IMG/VR virus record: IMGVR_UViG_2548876941_000012 | Length of the DNA: 32,850 nt | Reading direction: 5' to 3' (one strand) | From: a virus | Taxonomy: Duplodnaviria; Heunggongvirae; Uroviricota; Caudoviricetes | Part shown: positions 1-8,379 of the stretch, in pieces | Position numbering within the stretch: the first letter of the stretch is position 1 | Layout: every line of letters begins with the position of its first letter | The notes under the pieces: generated by a model | Databases searched by the model: none | Seen by the model: only the letters and a program-made list of their open reading frames with translations | What the model was told of the DNA's origin: nothing | Made by a program: the position numbers and the translations under genes

Positions 1-2043
1 ATGTTTTATTCAGCCAATGAGCTGGCCGGTCTTCCTGGTTTGCCCGGTACAGTTCAGGGGGTGCGCTGGACGCTCAATCGGATCACAGAGACGCACCCAG
101 AATGGAAGCGCAAGCGCGAAGGCACCAAAGCATTCGAGTATCACATCGACTGCCTGCCCGCTGAAGCGCAGAAAGTTTTACGTAAGCGCCTGACTCATCA
201 GGTCCTGGAAGATGCACAACTGCCCGCCGTAGTTGAGCAGAAAGCAGTTAAAAACGTCGCCGTTCGCGATGAACTGGAGGTGATGGTCAAATGCCCGGAG
301 CTGGCATTACGCGAAGTCCAGTCACTGACCGACAAGCAAAAGGCCATCGCTGATGCGCGGATATTGCTGGCTACTGAAGTGCATAAGCTGCGCGAGTATG
401 CCGGAATGACCAGGAAGGCCGCTTTAAAGCACATCGTTGATGGTGTGCGCATGGGGGCGTTACCTGACCGCATTATCGAAGCAGCGAATACTGCAAATGC
501 ACGTCAGGGAAAGCGAACCGGTGTCAGCACCGGCAGCCTGGATAGCTGGTACTCCAGCTGGGTGATGGCGCGCGGTGATGCCAATCAGTTACTGGCGTTA
601 CTGGCTCCCGGTCATCATAAGGGAACACCGTGGGAGCAGGTCTGGTGGTTGAGCGATTTCTTTATGTTCTATCGCTCATGGAAGCGCCCGACTGTTGAAT
701 ATGCGTATCGTGAGTTTTCAGCCTGGTGGCATGAAAAACACGCGAATGATGCGGGAATGCTGGCGGCACTGCCTTCAGTTCACGCAGTAAGACGGGTGTT
801 AAGCAGCGTCCCGGTGATTGTTAAAGAGCGTTTCCGCTCCACCGGTTCAGCCTGGCGTTCGCTCAATCCCTTTGTGCGGCGCGACTGGACATCATTACCG
901 GTTAATGCGGTATGGGTCGGGGATGGTCACTGTATGAAAATGACCGCGTTTAACCCCCTGACCGGCAATATTTTCCGGCCAGAAGTGACGCTGGTTATGG
1001 ATGCGGGGCAACGCTTTGTTGTGGGCTGGTCACTGTCCCTGTCGGAGAACGTGATAGCCGTTGCTGATGCGTTACGTTACGGCATGGCGCAGCACGGGAT
1101 ACCGCTGATTTATTACTCCGATAACGGGGGCGGTGAAAAAAACCGGGTGCTTGATGCCGATATTACCGGGATTCTGCCCCGGCTGGGTGTGGAACATCAC
1201 ACGGGGATACCAGGTAACCCGCAGGGGCGCGGGGTGATTGAACGGGCAAACAAAGGAATACCCAAAGACGTGGCTCTGAGTTTCCAGACGTACTGCGCAA
1301 GGGATGCAGACAAGGAAACCGTAATGATGCAGCAACGGATTATGCAGTCAGCCATTAAGGCCACCCACAAAGGGAAAGAACTGACAAAACGGCAGGTTAA
1401 GGCGAGGGATGAAATCCCCACCTTTGAGCAACTGCTGGCAGCCATAGAGCTGGAGGTCAGACGCTATAACAACCGGCCACACAGCAGCCTACCCCGCAAA
1501 GAGGATGGCGAATATTACAGCCCGGCAGCGTATCGCCGGAAACTGATAAAAGAGCAGAATGTTGAAATTGATTTCCTGTCGCCGGAAGAACTGCATGAAA
1601 TGTTCAGACCGGAAGTGACGCGCAAAACATTTCGCGGGGAAATTCAGTTATTCAACAATATTTATTACTCATATGATCTGGCCGCAGAGCACGGGAATGA
1701 AGTCAGGGTCAGTTACGATATTCATGATGCAAACAGCGTCATTGTCCGGCGGGCTGATGGCTCTTATATCTGCGATGCCATCTGGAACGGTAACAAGGTT
1801 GATGCCTTCGCTAAACCAGTTATCGAACAAAAACTGGAGAAACGCGTCAGGGGCCGCATTGCACGGGCTACGCAGAAAATCGAAGAGGCTAAACGCGAGC
1901 TTACCCCGGCTATTACGCAGAAGCCTGACTTTAATCTGGGATATGGACTGGAGCGCCCGGAGAAAAAGGAAAAAGAAGAACTTTATTTATTCGCATCTGA
2001 ACGCGAGCGCAATTTAAAGAAAAACGGCACAAACAACCGTTAA
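1..2043 (+). CDS. MuA-like DDE transposase
   Basis: 680-aa ORF. N-terminus (ANELAGLPGLPGT) resembles the end-binding domain of Mu transposase; catalytic-core-like motifs VWVGDGH and YYSDNGG; basic Lys/Arg-rich C-terminus; directly followed by a MuB-like ATPase. ORF begins at window position 1, so upstream control region is not visible. Confidence 0.9.
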   Translation: MFYSANELAGLPGLPGTVQGVRWTLNRITETHPEWKRKREGTKAFEYHIDCLPAEAQKVLRKRLTHQVLEDAQLPAVVEQKAVKNVAVRDELEVMVKCPELALREVQSLTDKQKAIADARILLATEVHKLREYAGMTRKAALKHIVDGVRMGALPDRIIEAANTANARQGKRTGVSTGSLDSWYSSWVMARGDANQLLALLAPGHHKGTPWEQVWWLSDFFMFYRSWKRPTVEYAYREFSAWWHEKHANDAGMLAALPSVHAVRRVLSSVPVIVKERFRSTGSAWRSLNPFVRRDWTSLPVNAVWVGDGHCMKMTAFNPLTGNIFRPEVTLVMDAGQRFVVGWSLSLSENVIAVADALRYGMAQHGIPLIYYSDNGGGEKNRVLDADITGILPRLGVEHHTGIPGNPQGRGVIERANKGIPKDVALSFQTYCARDADKETVMMQQRIMQSAIKATHKGKELTKRQVKARDEIPTFEQLLAAIELEVRRYNNRPHSSLPRKEDGEYYSPAAYRRKLIKEQNVEIDFLSPEELHEMFRPEVTRKTFRGEIQLFNNIYYSYDLAAEHGNEVRVSYDIHDANSVIVRRADGSYICDAIWNGNKVDAFAKPVIEQKLEKRVRGRIARATQKIEEAKRELTPAITQKPDFNLGYGLERPEKKEKEELYLFASERERNLKKNGTNNR

Positions 2044-2061
2044 TTTAAAAGGTATTTAATT

Positions 2062-2955
2062 ATGAGTTTAATTACGCAATTAAATGACGTAATGGCCCGT
2101 CGCGGCTATACGCAGACCCACGTCGCCCGTGCTATTGGTCGTAGCAGCGCCGTTATCAACCAGTATTTACAGGGTAAATATCAGGGCGATATGGCTGATA
2201 TTGAAGAACGCATTTCTGCCTTTGTGACCCGTGAGCGGGAAAAGGAAAACAGCCGCCGTATTAAAGCGAAATTTGTTGCCACCGGTATGGCTGCCAAAGG
2301 ACTGGAAGTGCTGGCCTATGCTCACCTGGAATGTGAAATCTGCGTACTGTATGGCGCGGCAGGTCTTGGCAAAACAATGATTCTGCGTGAATACGCCGCC
2401 AGAAACCGGGATGCGGTCCTGATTGAAGCTGACCCGGGCTATACAGCCAGAACACTGCTTGAGGAGCTGTGCCGCCAGCTGGGGGTAAAAGTTCGCGGCA
2501 ATATCCACGAACTGATTGATGCATGTGTGCGAGAACTGCGTGATTCCGGTCGCCTGCTGATGGTGGACGAGGCTGAACTGCTCCCCTATCGCGCACTGGA
2601 GGTTCTGCGCCGTCTGCATGACAAAGCGGGTATCGGGATTGTCCTGGCGGGTATGCCACGCCTTCTGATTAACCTCAAGGGACGTCGCGGTGAGTTCGCC
2701 CAGTTATACAGCCGTGTGGCGCTGGCGCTTAACCTGGGCGATACGCTGTCGCAGGAAGATTTTAACCAGATAGCCACCGGGCTGATGCCGGAAGCAGTAG
2801 AACCGGAAATCAGCGAGGCGCTTTACGAACGCTCGCTGGGTAATGCCCGCCGCCTCTTCAAACTGGCGCGCGGTGTGTACCGGATTTGTGATATCAGCGA
2901 TGCACCGGTCAGTGTGCAGGCCATTGATAAATTCGCAGAAATGTTAATTCACTGA
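2062..2955 (+). CDS. MuB-like AAA+ ATPase (DNA transposition target protein B)
   Basis: 297 aa. N-terminal HTH-like segment (TQTHVARAIGRSSAVINQYLQGKY), Walker A GAAGLGKT, Walker B LLMVDEAE. Position immediately after the transposase. Confidence 0.85.
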   Translation: MSLITQLNDVMARRGYTQTHVARAIGRSSAVINQYLQGKYQGDMADIEERISAFVTREREKENSRRIKAKFVATGMAAKGLEVLAYAHLECEICVLYGAAGLGKTMILREYAARNRDAVLIEADPGYTARTLLEELCRQLGVKVRGNIHELIDACVRELRDSGRLLMVDEAELLPYRALEVLRRLHDKAGIGIVLAGMPRLLINLKGRRGEFAQLYSRVALALNLGDTLSQEDFNQIATGLMPEAVEPEISEALYERSLGNARRLFKLARGVYRICDISDAPVSVQAIDKFAEMLIH

Positions 2956-3194
2956 TGGAGAACAAGACGATGGACAAGCAGACCATTAACGCCGTCCGTT
3001 CCCGTGCCCGTGTGGCCATCCACACCACTGGTGGTCGTGTAACGGGACAACATCACCGTTTACCTGTGGTTTATGCCTGCCCGCCCGTGGGTGGTCCTGT
3101 ATGGCCGGTAACGGAAATCATCCAGACATTCAGCGGCCTGCGCCGCGTGGTGAAAACATCCTGTATCGACGGCTGCACCGTCGTATGGCAATGA
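2955..3194 (+). CDS. hypothetical early protein
   Basis: 79-aa ORF whose ATG overlaps the B stop codon (TGATG). No recognisable motif; possible alternative start at the internal Met (MDKQ). Confidence 0.4.
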   Translation: MENKTMDKQTINAVRSRARVAIHTTGGRVTGQHHRLPVVYACPPVGGPVWPVTEIIQTFSGLRRVVKTSCIDGCTVVWQ

Positions 3195-3206
3195 GAGGAA
3201 ATCAGA

Positions 3207-3422
3207 ATGGCGGTCAAGTTAGAAGTAATTATCTACACCGATGAAAATGGCACGCTTCGTGTCAGGAGTATGGGGGCTATTGATAAAAAAGGATTTACGG
3301 ATGAAGAGGTCGGTGTAAGACAACGGTTATGGGAGGTAATGAATCAAACTCTTAATAAAGAATTTAACGGCGTTGATTTATTTTCTGTTGGCGTGGAACC
3401 CTGCGCGCATAACACACATTAA
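3207..3422 (+). CDS. hypothetical early protein
   Basis: 71-aa ORF with good SD (AGAGGAAA) upstream of ATG; somewhat AT-richer than neighbours. Confidence 0.5.
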   Translation: MAVKLEVIIYTDENGTLRVRSMGAIDKKGFTDEEVGVRQRLWEVMNQTLNKEFNGVDLFSVGVEPCAHNTH

Positions 3423-3451
3423 TCTGTAAATATCACTGAGGTAATTTAATT

Positions 3452-4096
3452 ATGACGACTGAAAATAAAGTTAAGCAATACACGAAAACTCAAGCGCCTG
3501 AAGGTTACTGGGTGGATGCCCGTGGCGTAATGACACCTGAAAGCCTTATCAAAGATATTGACCGCGACCGCGAGCAGCTGGTCGGTGAGCTTGTGGAGAT
3601 GGTGATTGCTGCCTCCGCCTCACTGCGGGAACTGAAACTGCGTGCGTTTGGTGATATTCAGGCGTTTATTGACCTGTCGGCGGAGAAATACGGCGCTGTG
3701 AAAGGCGGTAAAAAAGGGAATATCACGCTTTACAGCTTTGACGGGCGTTACAAGATTCAGCGCGCCATGCAGGACCGTATCGCGTTTGATGAACGCATTC
3801 AGACCGCGAAGTCGCTGATTGATGATTGCCTGGCTGACTGGACGGAAGATGCACGCCCTGAAATTAAGGCCATCATCAGTGAGGCATTCAGCACGGACAA
3901 GGAAGGCAACATCAACACCGGTCGCGTTCTGGCCCTGCGTCGCCTCGAGATTGAGGACGAACGCTGGAATAACGCCATGTCGCTGATTGGTGAAGCCGTC
4001 CAGGTAATTGGCAGCAAAAGCTATATCCGCGTGTATGAGCGCGTCGGTGATTCTGCTGAATACCGCGCAATCCCGCTTGATATTGCAGGGGTTTAA
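3452..4096 (+). CDS. conserved Mu-like phage early protein (DUF3164-like, assignment from memory)
   Basis: 214-aa ORF, SD GAGG upstream. Family call is recollection only, not a search result. Confidence 0.6.
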   Translation: MTTENKVKQYTKTQAPEGYWVDARGVMTPESLIKDIDRDREQLVGELVEMVIAASASLRELKLRAFGDIQAFIDLSAEKYGAVKGGKKGNITLYSFDGRYKIQRAMQDRIAFDERIQTAKSLIDDCLADWTEDARPEIKAIISEAFSTDKEGNINTGRVLALRRLEIEDERWNNAMSLIGEAVQVIGSKSYIRVYERVGDSAEYRAIPLDIAGV

Positions 4097-4097
4097 C

Positions 4098-4331
4098 ATG
4101 CATCAGGATATCAAAGAGTACAGGGCTGGGAACCGTTGCGCAGCGTATTCGCTGGGCGCGTCCAGAGCAGAACAACGCGGCGATTATGCCGAAGCTGAAA
4201 AACTGTGGCGTAAGGCAGCACAAAGCCCGTGTAGTACCCTGCGCCGCATCTGGGCGGAACACCGGGCAGAGTTCTGTGCCAATGCTCACCTGAAAGGATG
4301 GAAGCCGCCTCATGAACGCGAAACGCTTTAA
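4098..4331 (+). CDS. small protein, possibly ANR-family-like
   Basis: ATG at 4098 two nt after the upstream stop; 77 aa with AAYSLGASRAEQRGDYAEAEKLWRKAA and RAEFCANAHLKGW segments. The track ORF 4008-4331 uses an upstream alternative start that overlaps the previous gene. Confidence 0.45.
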   Translation: MHQDIKEYRAGNRCAAYSLGASRAEQRGDYAEAEKLWRKAAQSPCSTLRRIWAEHRAEFCANAHLKGWKPPHERETL

Positions 4332-4503
4332 TCAGCTATATCCGCCAGGGACTCGCTTCATGCACATTGCACATCGGGCAGTGCGTGGTGGTCGGGTGGT
4401 AAAAACTGTTGCACCTGCCAGAGATTTTAAATGTGGTTGTGTGGTTGAAATTAATGTCGAGCCTTATTTCGTTAAAGTCGAAACACTGAAAGCACCGCAT
4501 TAA
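4312..4503 (+). CDS. hypothetical protein
   Basis: 63-aa ORF overlapping the upstream gene by 20 nt; last gene before an AT-rich gap containing a hairpin. Confidence 0.45.
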   Translation: MNAKRFNQLYPPGTRFMHIAHRAVRGGRVVKTVAPARDFKCGCVVEINVEPYFVKVETLKAPH

Positions 4504-4532
4504 TTTAATTTGTTTTTAATTGTTATTTAAAA

Positions 4533-4566
4533 CAGGCGTAAACCCGCAGGGGCTGGCTTACGCCTG
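4533..4566 (-). terminator. hairpin, probable terminator for the minus-strand gene 4644-4862
   Basis: 9-bp inverted repeat CAGGCGTAA / TTACGCCTG around a 16-nt loop. On the minus strand it is followed by TGTTTTAAAT; on the plus strand there is no U-tract. Confidence 0.4.
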
Positions 4567-4643
4567 AATCTGAGGAAGTTTATTTATGAATATTGCTAAG
4601 CAAAAAAAATTCGCCCGCGAAATTAATCTGACAATCGTTTGTT

Positions 4644-4862
4644 TTAATCGTCTTGCGACCAGTTCTCAATCGACAGCAGATGTTCATCCAGCGCCGCAGC
4701 CAGAACGAACTCCCCACGTTCCTGAAGGCCGTGCTGGAAGTTGCGTAATTCAGAATCCAGGGCGCTGAGGTTCAGACAGCCATTTTCTGAAAGCTGTTTA
4801 ACCAGAAAGCTCCACGCAGCTTTGTTAGCAGTAATTGCTGCCGCAATTTCATCATCAATCAT
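4644..4862 (-). CDS. reverse-oriented small acidic protein (72 aa), function unknown
   Basis: Only convincing minus-strand ORF in the window. SD AGGAG 5 nt upstream of ATG on the minus strand; enteric-like codon usage; net charge about -9 with acidic C-terminus ENWSQDD; downstream hairpin with U-tract. Confidence 0.5.
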   Translation of the reverse strand: MIDDEIAAAITANKAAWSFLVKQLSENGCLNLSALDSELRNFQHGLQERGEFVLAAALDEHLLSIENWSQDD

Positions 4863-4950
4863 TTTTTAACTCCTGATTGGGTATGTTGGGGCAGCGATTA
4901 TGACAAGTGTTTTGTGGTTATAAGTTGATCAAAAACAATGAGTTACAACC

Positions 4951-5661
4951 ATGAAAGATAAATACATTGCCAAAATCAAAAAACTGTTACGCCTTGCCAA
5001 AGGAACATCAAGCCCGGAAGAAGCCGCTAACGCTATTGCAAAAGCCCAGGCTTATATGCGCCAGCATGGTATCAGCGAAAACGACGCGGAATTGTTCGAC
5101 ATTCAGGAAGCTGCCAGCGCGGGTGCGCCGAGTGACGCCAGTACGCCGCCGCGTTATATGCACATCCTGTGTGACCTAGTCTGTAAAGCCTTCGGTGTCG
5201 AGTGTTACATCTCCGGCGAATACCGGGCTTCTGGTTCACTTAAACGTTACGTGCGTTTTTATGGTCCTGACAGCCGCCCGGAAATCGCGGCTTACGCGTT
5301 TGATGTGCTTTCCCGTCAGATGATGGCAGAGCGCAAGAAATATCAGGATAAACACTGCAAACGTTGTGGTCCGTCCACGCGGGTAGCCCGTGGCGACCAG
5401 TTCTGCGAAGGCTGGGTCTTTGGTGCCCGTGATGTCATTGCGGTGTATGACGTCTCCCCGGAAGAAAAAAGCCGCCTTGAGCTTTACAGAAAGAACCTGC
5501 ACAGCACTAAGGGACTGCGCGACGGGGATATGCGCACAGCTAAAGCGTGTCGGGGTGCAGAGTTTGCCGCTACTGCCGGTTTTATCGCCGGGAAGAACGC
5601 CAGGCTGCATCAGGGGGTTAATGGTCAGAGCAACAGACCGCTGGCACTGGGGAGGGTGTAA
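4951..5661 (+). CDS. DUF2786-like phage protein
   Basis: 236 aa. N-terminus KIKKLLRLAKGTSSPEEAANAIAKAQAYMRQHGI matches my memory of the DUF2786 N-terminal helix pair; Cys-containing C-terminal domain. Confidence 0.65.
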   Translation: MKDKYIAKIKKLLRLAKGTSSPEEAANAIAKAQAYMRQHGISENDAELFDIQEAASAGAPSDASTPPRYMHILCDLVCKAFGVECYISGEYRASGSLKRYVRFYGPDSRPEIAAYAFDVLSRQMMAERKKYQDKHCKRCGPSTRVARGDQFCEGWVFGARDVIAVYDVSPEEKSRLELYRKNLHSTKGLRDGDMRTAKACRGAEFAATAGFIAGKNARLHQGVNGQSNRPLALGRV

Positions 5662-5663
5662 CG

Positions 5664-5891
5664 ATGGCTTTTAAACTTCTTAGTGTTACCGAAGCAATAT
5701 ACCAGCCGCCCGGAGAACGCCACGAATACAGGATGAATGACGGTAGCGCGGTGGTTGAGTTCCCCGGATATCCGGGGGCTTCCCGGTGGCGGTTCTATGA
5801 CAGTGTGGGACGTCGGATTATTAAAAGAACCGTGCACAACAATATGAAGGCTGCCGTAGAACGTCATAAGAGAAGGTTTAACTGCAAATGA
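5664..5891 (+). CDS. hypothetical protein
   Basis: 75-aa ORF; SD GGAGGG upstream; starts 3 nt after the preceding stop. Confidence 0.5.
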   Translation: MAFKLLSVTEAIYQPPGERHEYRMNDGSAVVEFPGYPGASRWRFYDSVGRRIIKRTVHNNMKAAVERHKRRFNCK

Positions 5892-6118
5892 AAATTGAAT
5901 TTTATGACCATGGGGTCACCGCAACTATCACTATTTCTTGTTGGTTCTGGGAGTTCCACCGTTACTTCAGAGTTGTAGATGCTGCGCTGTTTGTTGCACC
6001 GGGAGCGTTACATCACAGTGGAATCGGTATTGTTATGAACACTGTCATCAGCGGTAAAACGGTCCCGATGTTGCGGGCGTTTAAAGTGGCAAAACAGGAG
6101 GCTGGCAATGGTCATTGA
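5888..6118 (+). CDS. hypothetical protein
   Basis: 76-aa ORF with ATGA stop/start overlap with the upstream gene. Confidence 0.45.
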   Translation: MKIEFYDHGVTATITISCWFWEFHRYFRVVDAALFVAPGALHHSGIGIVMNTVISGKTVPMLRAFKVAKQEAGNGH

Positions 6119-6422
6119 TAAAACGATAACGATAGATGTAGCCATGAATACAGGTCTGGCGCTTATCGGTTATGGCTATATCACTTTTATGTCATTCAGG
6201 TGGTTGATTTCTTCGCTCTTTAAGCAGCGTGAAAAACATCGTTGTAAAGACAAGCGCGCGAAGGCGCTAAATGCGTTTAATGACGCTTTTGATATTGACC
6301 ATATGCAACAGGGCGACCCCGCACGCGTAATTACCCGGGGAGATATTGTAATTCTTGTGTACCGGAATGAAAAAAATGAACAGGAGACAACCAGTGAGTC
6401 AGCAAACCAGAATAAGCGATAA
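6108..6422 (+). CDS. hypothetical membrane-associated protein
   Basis: 104 aa; SD CAGGAGG upstream; hydrophobic segment GLALIGYGYITFMSFRWLISSLF followed by a basic/acidic tail. Confidence 0.5.
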   Translation: MVIDKTITIDVAMNTGLALIGYGYITFMSFRWLISSLFKQREKHRCKDKRAKALNAFNDAFDIDHMQQGDPARVITRGDIVILVYRNEKNEQETTSESANQNKR

Positions 6423-6558
6423 GAGTCTGACCAGACTGATTGCCGATGCGGACAAGGTGCTGGAGCGGAACTCCCCCGTTGCCGATGAGGAATGGTGGCA
6501 GGATTTCCGGGCTGCAATGCTGGAACTTCAGGAACGTCGTCGGGAGGTGTTGAAGTGA
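6394..6558 (+). CDS. hypothetical small protein
   Basis: Track ORF 6355-6558 (TTG start). Best-supported start is GTG at 6394 with SD GGAG 7 nt upstream, giving 54 aa; start is uncertain. Confidence 0.4.
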   Translation: MSQQTRISDKSLTRLIADADKVLERNSPVADEEWWQDFRAAMLELQERRREVLK

Positions 6559-6824
6559 GTGAATTAAAGTGTCGAATTAATGGCAATCAGATAGAACCGT
6601 GTGCGGTACTGGCAAAAGCACTCGAATATGGAAATCCAGCCTTTAAGAGTAAAGGCATATTTATCCCGGAACGCGTGAATATAAACACCGGCGAGCCAGG
6701 CTTAGACATTGCTCAAATTCACTCCGGCCAATATGTCGGTCGTGGTGTTGCCATGTGTTTTTGCCCGTTCTGTGGTGAAAGTCTGAAAACATGGAAAAAG
6801 GAGGCAACCAGTGAGCGAGATTAA
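6555..6824 (+). CDS. hypothetical protein with Cys motif
   Basis: Track ORF 6492-6824. GTG at 6555 has SD GGAGG upstream and overlaps the upstream stop; contains CFCPFCG and an earlier KC...PC pair, suggestive of a small zinc-ribbon. Confidence 0.5.
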   Translation: MSELKCRINGNQIEPCAVLAKALEYGNPAFKSKGIFIPERVNINTGEPGLDIAQIHSGQYVGRGVAMCFCPFCGESLKTWKKEATSERD

Positions 6825-7308
6825 CTATCAGGCACTGCGTGAGGTGGCAGAGGCCGCGAAGGGGGATACGACGTGGCAGAACCTACAGGCTTTTCATGCT
6901 GCGGCTACGCCGGAGGTTGTGCAGGCGTTGCTGGATGAAAACGAAAGACTGTGTCGCGATCTGATAGCTCGTAATGGTGAGATTGAAGGGCTTCGGGAGT
7001 GGGCAGAAGAACTGGAGGCACGGGAGGTGGCTTTGCCAGTAGCGTCATGCATTGTTGAAGATGGATGCATGTGTGTTGATGGGTTCAGTGAGTATGTAGG
7101 TCACTCGCTACCTGATGGAATGCATGAGCTTTATGCTGCCCCGCCAGCGTCGGTAGTGCCGGAAGGACTAGTTAAAGCAGTGCGTTTCTATGAACAGGTA
7201 AAGTGTGAGAATCCGCCAGTCGAAACCGGAGCATGGAAAGACGCGGTTGACTGGGTACTCAACGAGGCTTGCCAGGCTGTAAATATTGACGCCAAAGGAG
7301 GTGCGTAA
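6811..7308 (+). CDS. acidic protein with Ead/Ea22-like N-terminal region (tentative)
   Basis: 165 aa, GTG start with SD GGAGG. N-terminus NYQALREVAEAAKGDTTWQ and ATPEVVQALLDENERL resembles, from memory, the N-terminal region of lambdoid Ea22/Ead-family proteins. Confidence 0.5.
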   Translation: MSEINYQALREVAEAAKGDTTWQNLQAFHAAATPEVVQALLDENERLCRDLIARNGEIEGLREWAEELEAREVALPVASCIVEDGCMCVDGFSEYVGHSLPDGMHELYAAPPASVVPEGLVKAVRFYEQVKCENPPVETGAWKDAVDWVLNEACQAVNIDAKGGA

Positions 7309-7478
7309 TGCGTGTAGCGTTTATCGGTTTATTACCATACCCGACTCGTTTTTGGGCTTCTGCGCTAATTGCAAAGCCACATGCCCTGATGGCTGACAGC
7401 ATCATCCCGGCACCAAAGCGCCATACCGGTATTGCTGCTGCACGACGCGAAGCAAAGAAACGCAGGAGAGCAAAATGA
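7308..7478 (+). CDS. small hydrophobic/basic peptide (56 aa), below the ORF-track size cut-off
   Basis: ATG at 7308 overlaps the upstream stop (TAATG), strong SD AGGAGG 7 nt upstream; stop overlaps the next start (ATGATG). Hydrophobic N-half (AFIGLLPYPTRFWASALIA) and Arg/Lys-rich C-terminus. Confidence 0.4.
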   Translation: MRVAFIGLLPYPTRFWASALIAKPHALMADSIIPAPKRHTGIAAARREAKKRRRAK

Positions 7479-7663
7479 TGAAAAACCGTAAGGCAAGACT
7501 GCTGATAGCAAAGCCAGGGCAACTTATCCGTATCTCAAATCGACTTGTTGTTCGCTATAGATATCTTGGTTTTAGGGAGTGGTCCTCTATTCGTTTTTAC
7601 GGTGTCTGGAGAAACAGAAGCGCGACACAAAACCGCTGGAAGAATCACACTAACGCAAAGTAA
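7475..7663 (+). CDS. small basic protein, function unknown
   Basis: 62-aa ORF, SD AGGAGA upstream; Arg/Lys-rich. Confidence 0.45.
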   Translation: MMKNRKARLLIAKPGQLIRISNRLVVRYRYLGFREWSSIRFYGVWRNRSATQNRWKNHTNAK

Positions 7664-7680
7664 TTAAATAATAACCAATA

Positions 7681-7708
7681 GCAGACCAAAAAGTATTTTT
7701 TGGTCTGC
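7681..7708. promoter_or_regulatory. perfect 12-bp palindrome (GCAGACCAAAAA gtat TTTTTGGTCTGC) with adjacent TTTTGGTC repeat
   Basis: Read directly; lies in a 67-nt intergenic gap inside the early region. Stem contains its own A/T tract, so it could be a bidirectional terminator or a protein-binding site. Confidence 0.4.
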
Positions 7709-7730
7709 CAAAAGTGATGTTTTGGTCATT

Positions 7731-8009
7731 ATGAAGATTGAACAAATCGGAATGGCAGCTTTCAGGCAACAGGCTGAAAGCGGTGGCGTGGATGAGTTCG
7801 TCGTGCAGCGGTTCGGTGGTGTGTATCATCTATTCGCTGTGAATCGCCGCGCCGGGGTGTCCTATTTTCTACAGGAACGTCGTGGCGATTACAAGACATG
7901 GCTGTCTCTTGACCGTGCCGCTGCGTTCTTGTCAGGGATTGGCGTTTCACGTTTTACCGTGCGTTTTGAGGATAACAAACATGCTGAAAAAGATGATCGG
8001 GGCCATTAA
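7731..8009 (+). CDS. hypothetical protein
   Basis: Track ORF 7722-8009 (TTG); first ATG at 7731. 92 aa; overlaps the next gene by 29 nt. Confidence 0.5.
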   Translation: MKIEQIGMAAFRQQAESGGVDEFVVQRFGGVYHLFAVNRRAGVSYFLQERRGDYKTWLSLDRAAAFLSGIGVSRFTVRFEDNKHAEKDDRGH

Positions 8010-8379
8010 AGCCGGTCAGGCGTATCTGGGGTGGGATGATGCCCTTTATCGCCAGACGCTGGCCCGCCTGACCGGTAAAACCAGCACCACACGCTGCAAT
8101 CTCGATGAACTGCGCATCATCCGGGAATACATGCACGAACAGGGATTCCCGCGCAAGGCACCCGCTGGTAAAGGTCGCCGCCCTCGTGTTGCAATGAGCA
8201 GAAAATCAGTATTATCCAAAATTGAAGCGTTGCTGGCTGATGCCGGTCGTTCCTGGGCGTATGCAGAAGGACTGGCATCTCACATGTATAAGCAACATGT
8301 GATCGAATGGCTGACGGATGAACAGCTTTTTGGAGTGATGGTGGCGCTGGTTAAAGATTCAAGAAGGAGAAATCAATGA
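7981..8379 (+). CDS. GemA-like protein (DUF1018-like, tentative)
   Basis: ATG at 7981 within the larger track ORF 7882-8379; 132 aa; position just upstream of the Mor/C-family gene as gemA is in Mu; sequence features (AYLGWDDALYRQTLARLTGKTS) recalled as GemA-like. Confidence 0.55.
   Translation: MLKKMIGAIKAGQAYLGWDDALYRQTLARLTGKTSTTRCNLDELRIIREYMHEQGFPRKAPAGKGRRPRVAMSRKSVLSKIEALLADAGRSWAYAEGLASHMYKQHVIEWLTDEQLFGVMVALVKDSRRRNQ

Noticed and set aside
1673-2017. 114-aa plus-strand ORF in an alternative frame inside the transposase gene
   Set aside because: Fully nested in the MuA-like gene in a different frame, no ribosome-binding site, low-complexity basic translation.
4533-4566. Hairpin considered as a plus-strand terminator for the early operon
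   Set aside because: No U-tract follows the stem on the plus strand and early genes continue downstream; a U-rich tract follows only in the minus orientation, so it is assigned to the reverse gene.
4586-4768. Plus-strand 60-aa ORF overlapping the minus-strand gene 4644-4862
   Set aside because: It has an SD-like GAGGAAG, but the translation is Pro/Ser/Thr/Gly-rich and unstructured, whereas the antisense ORF is protein-like with its own SD and terminator. Kept as the less likely alternative, not excluded.
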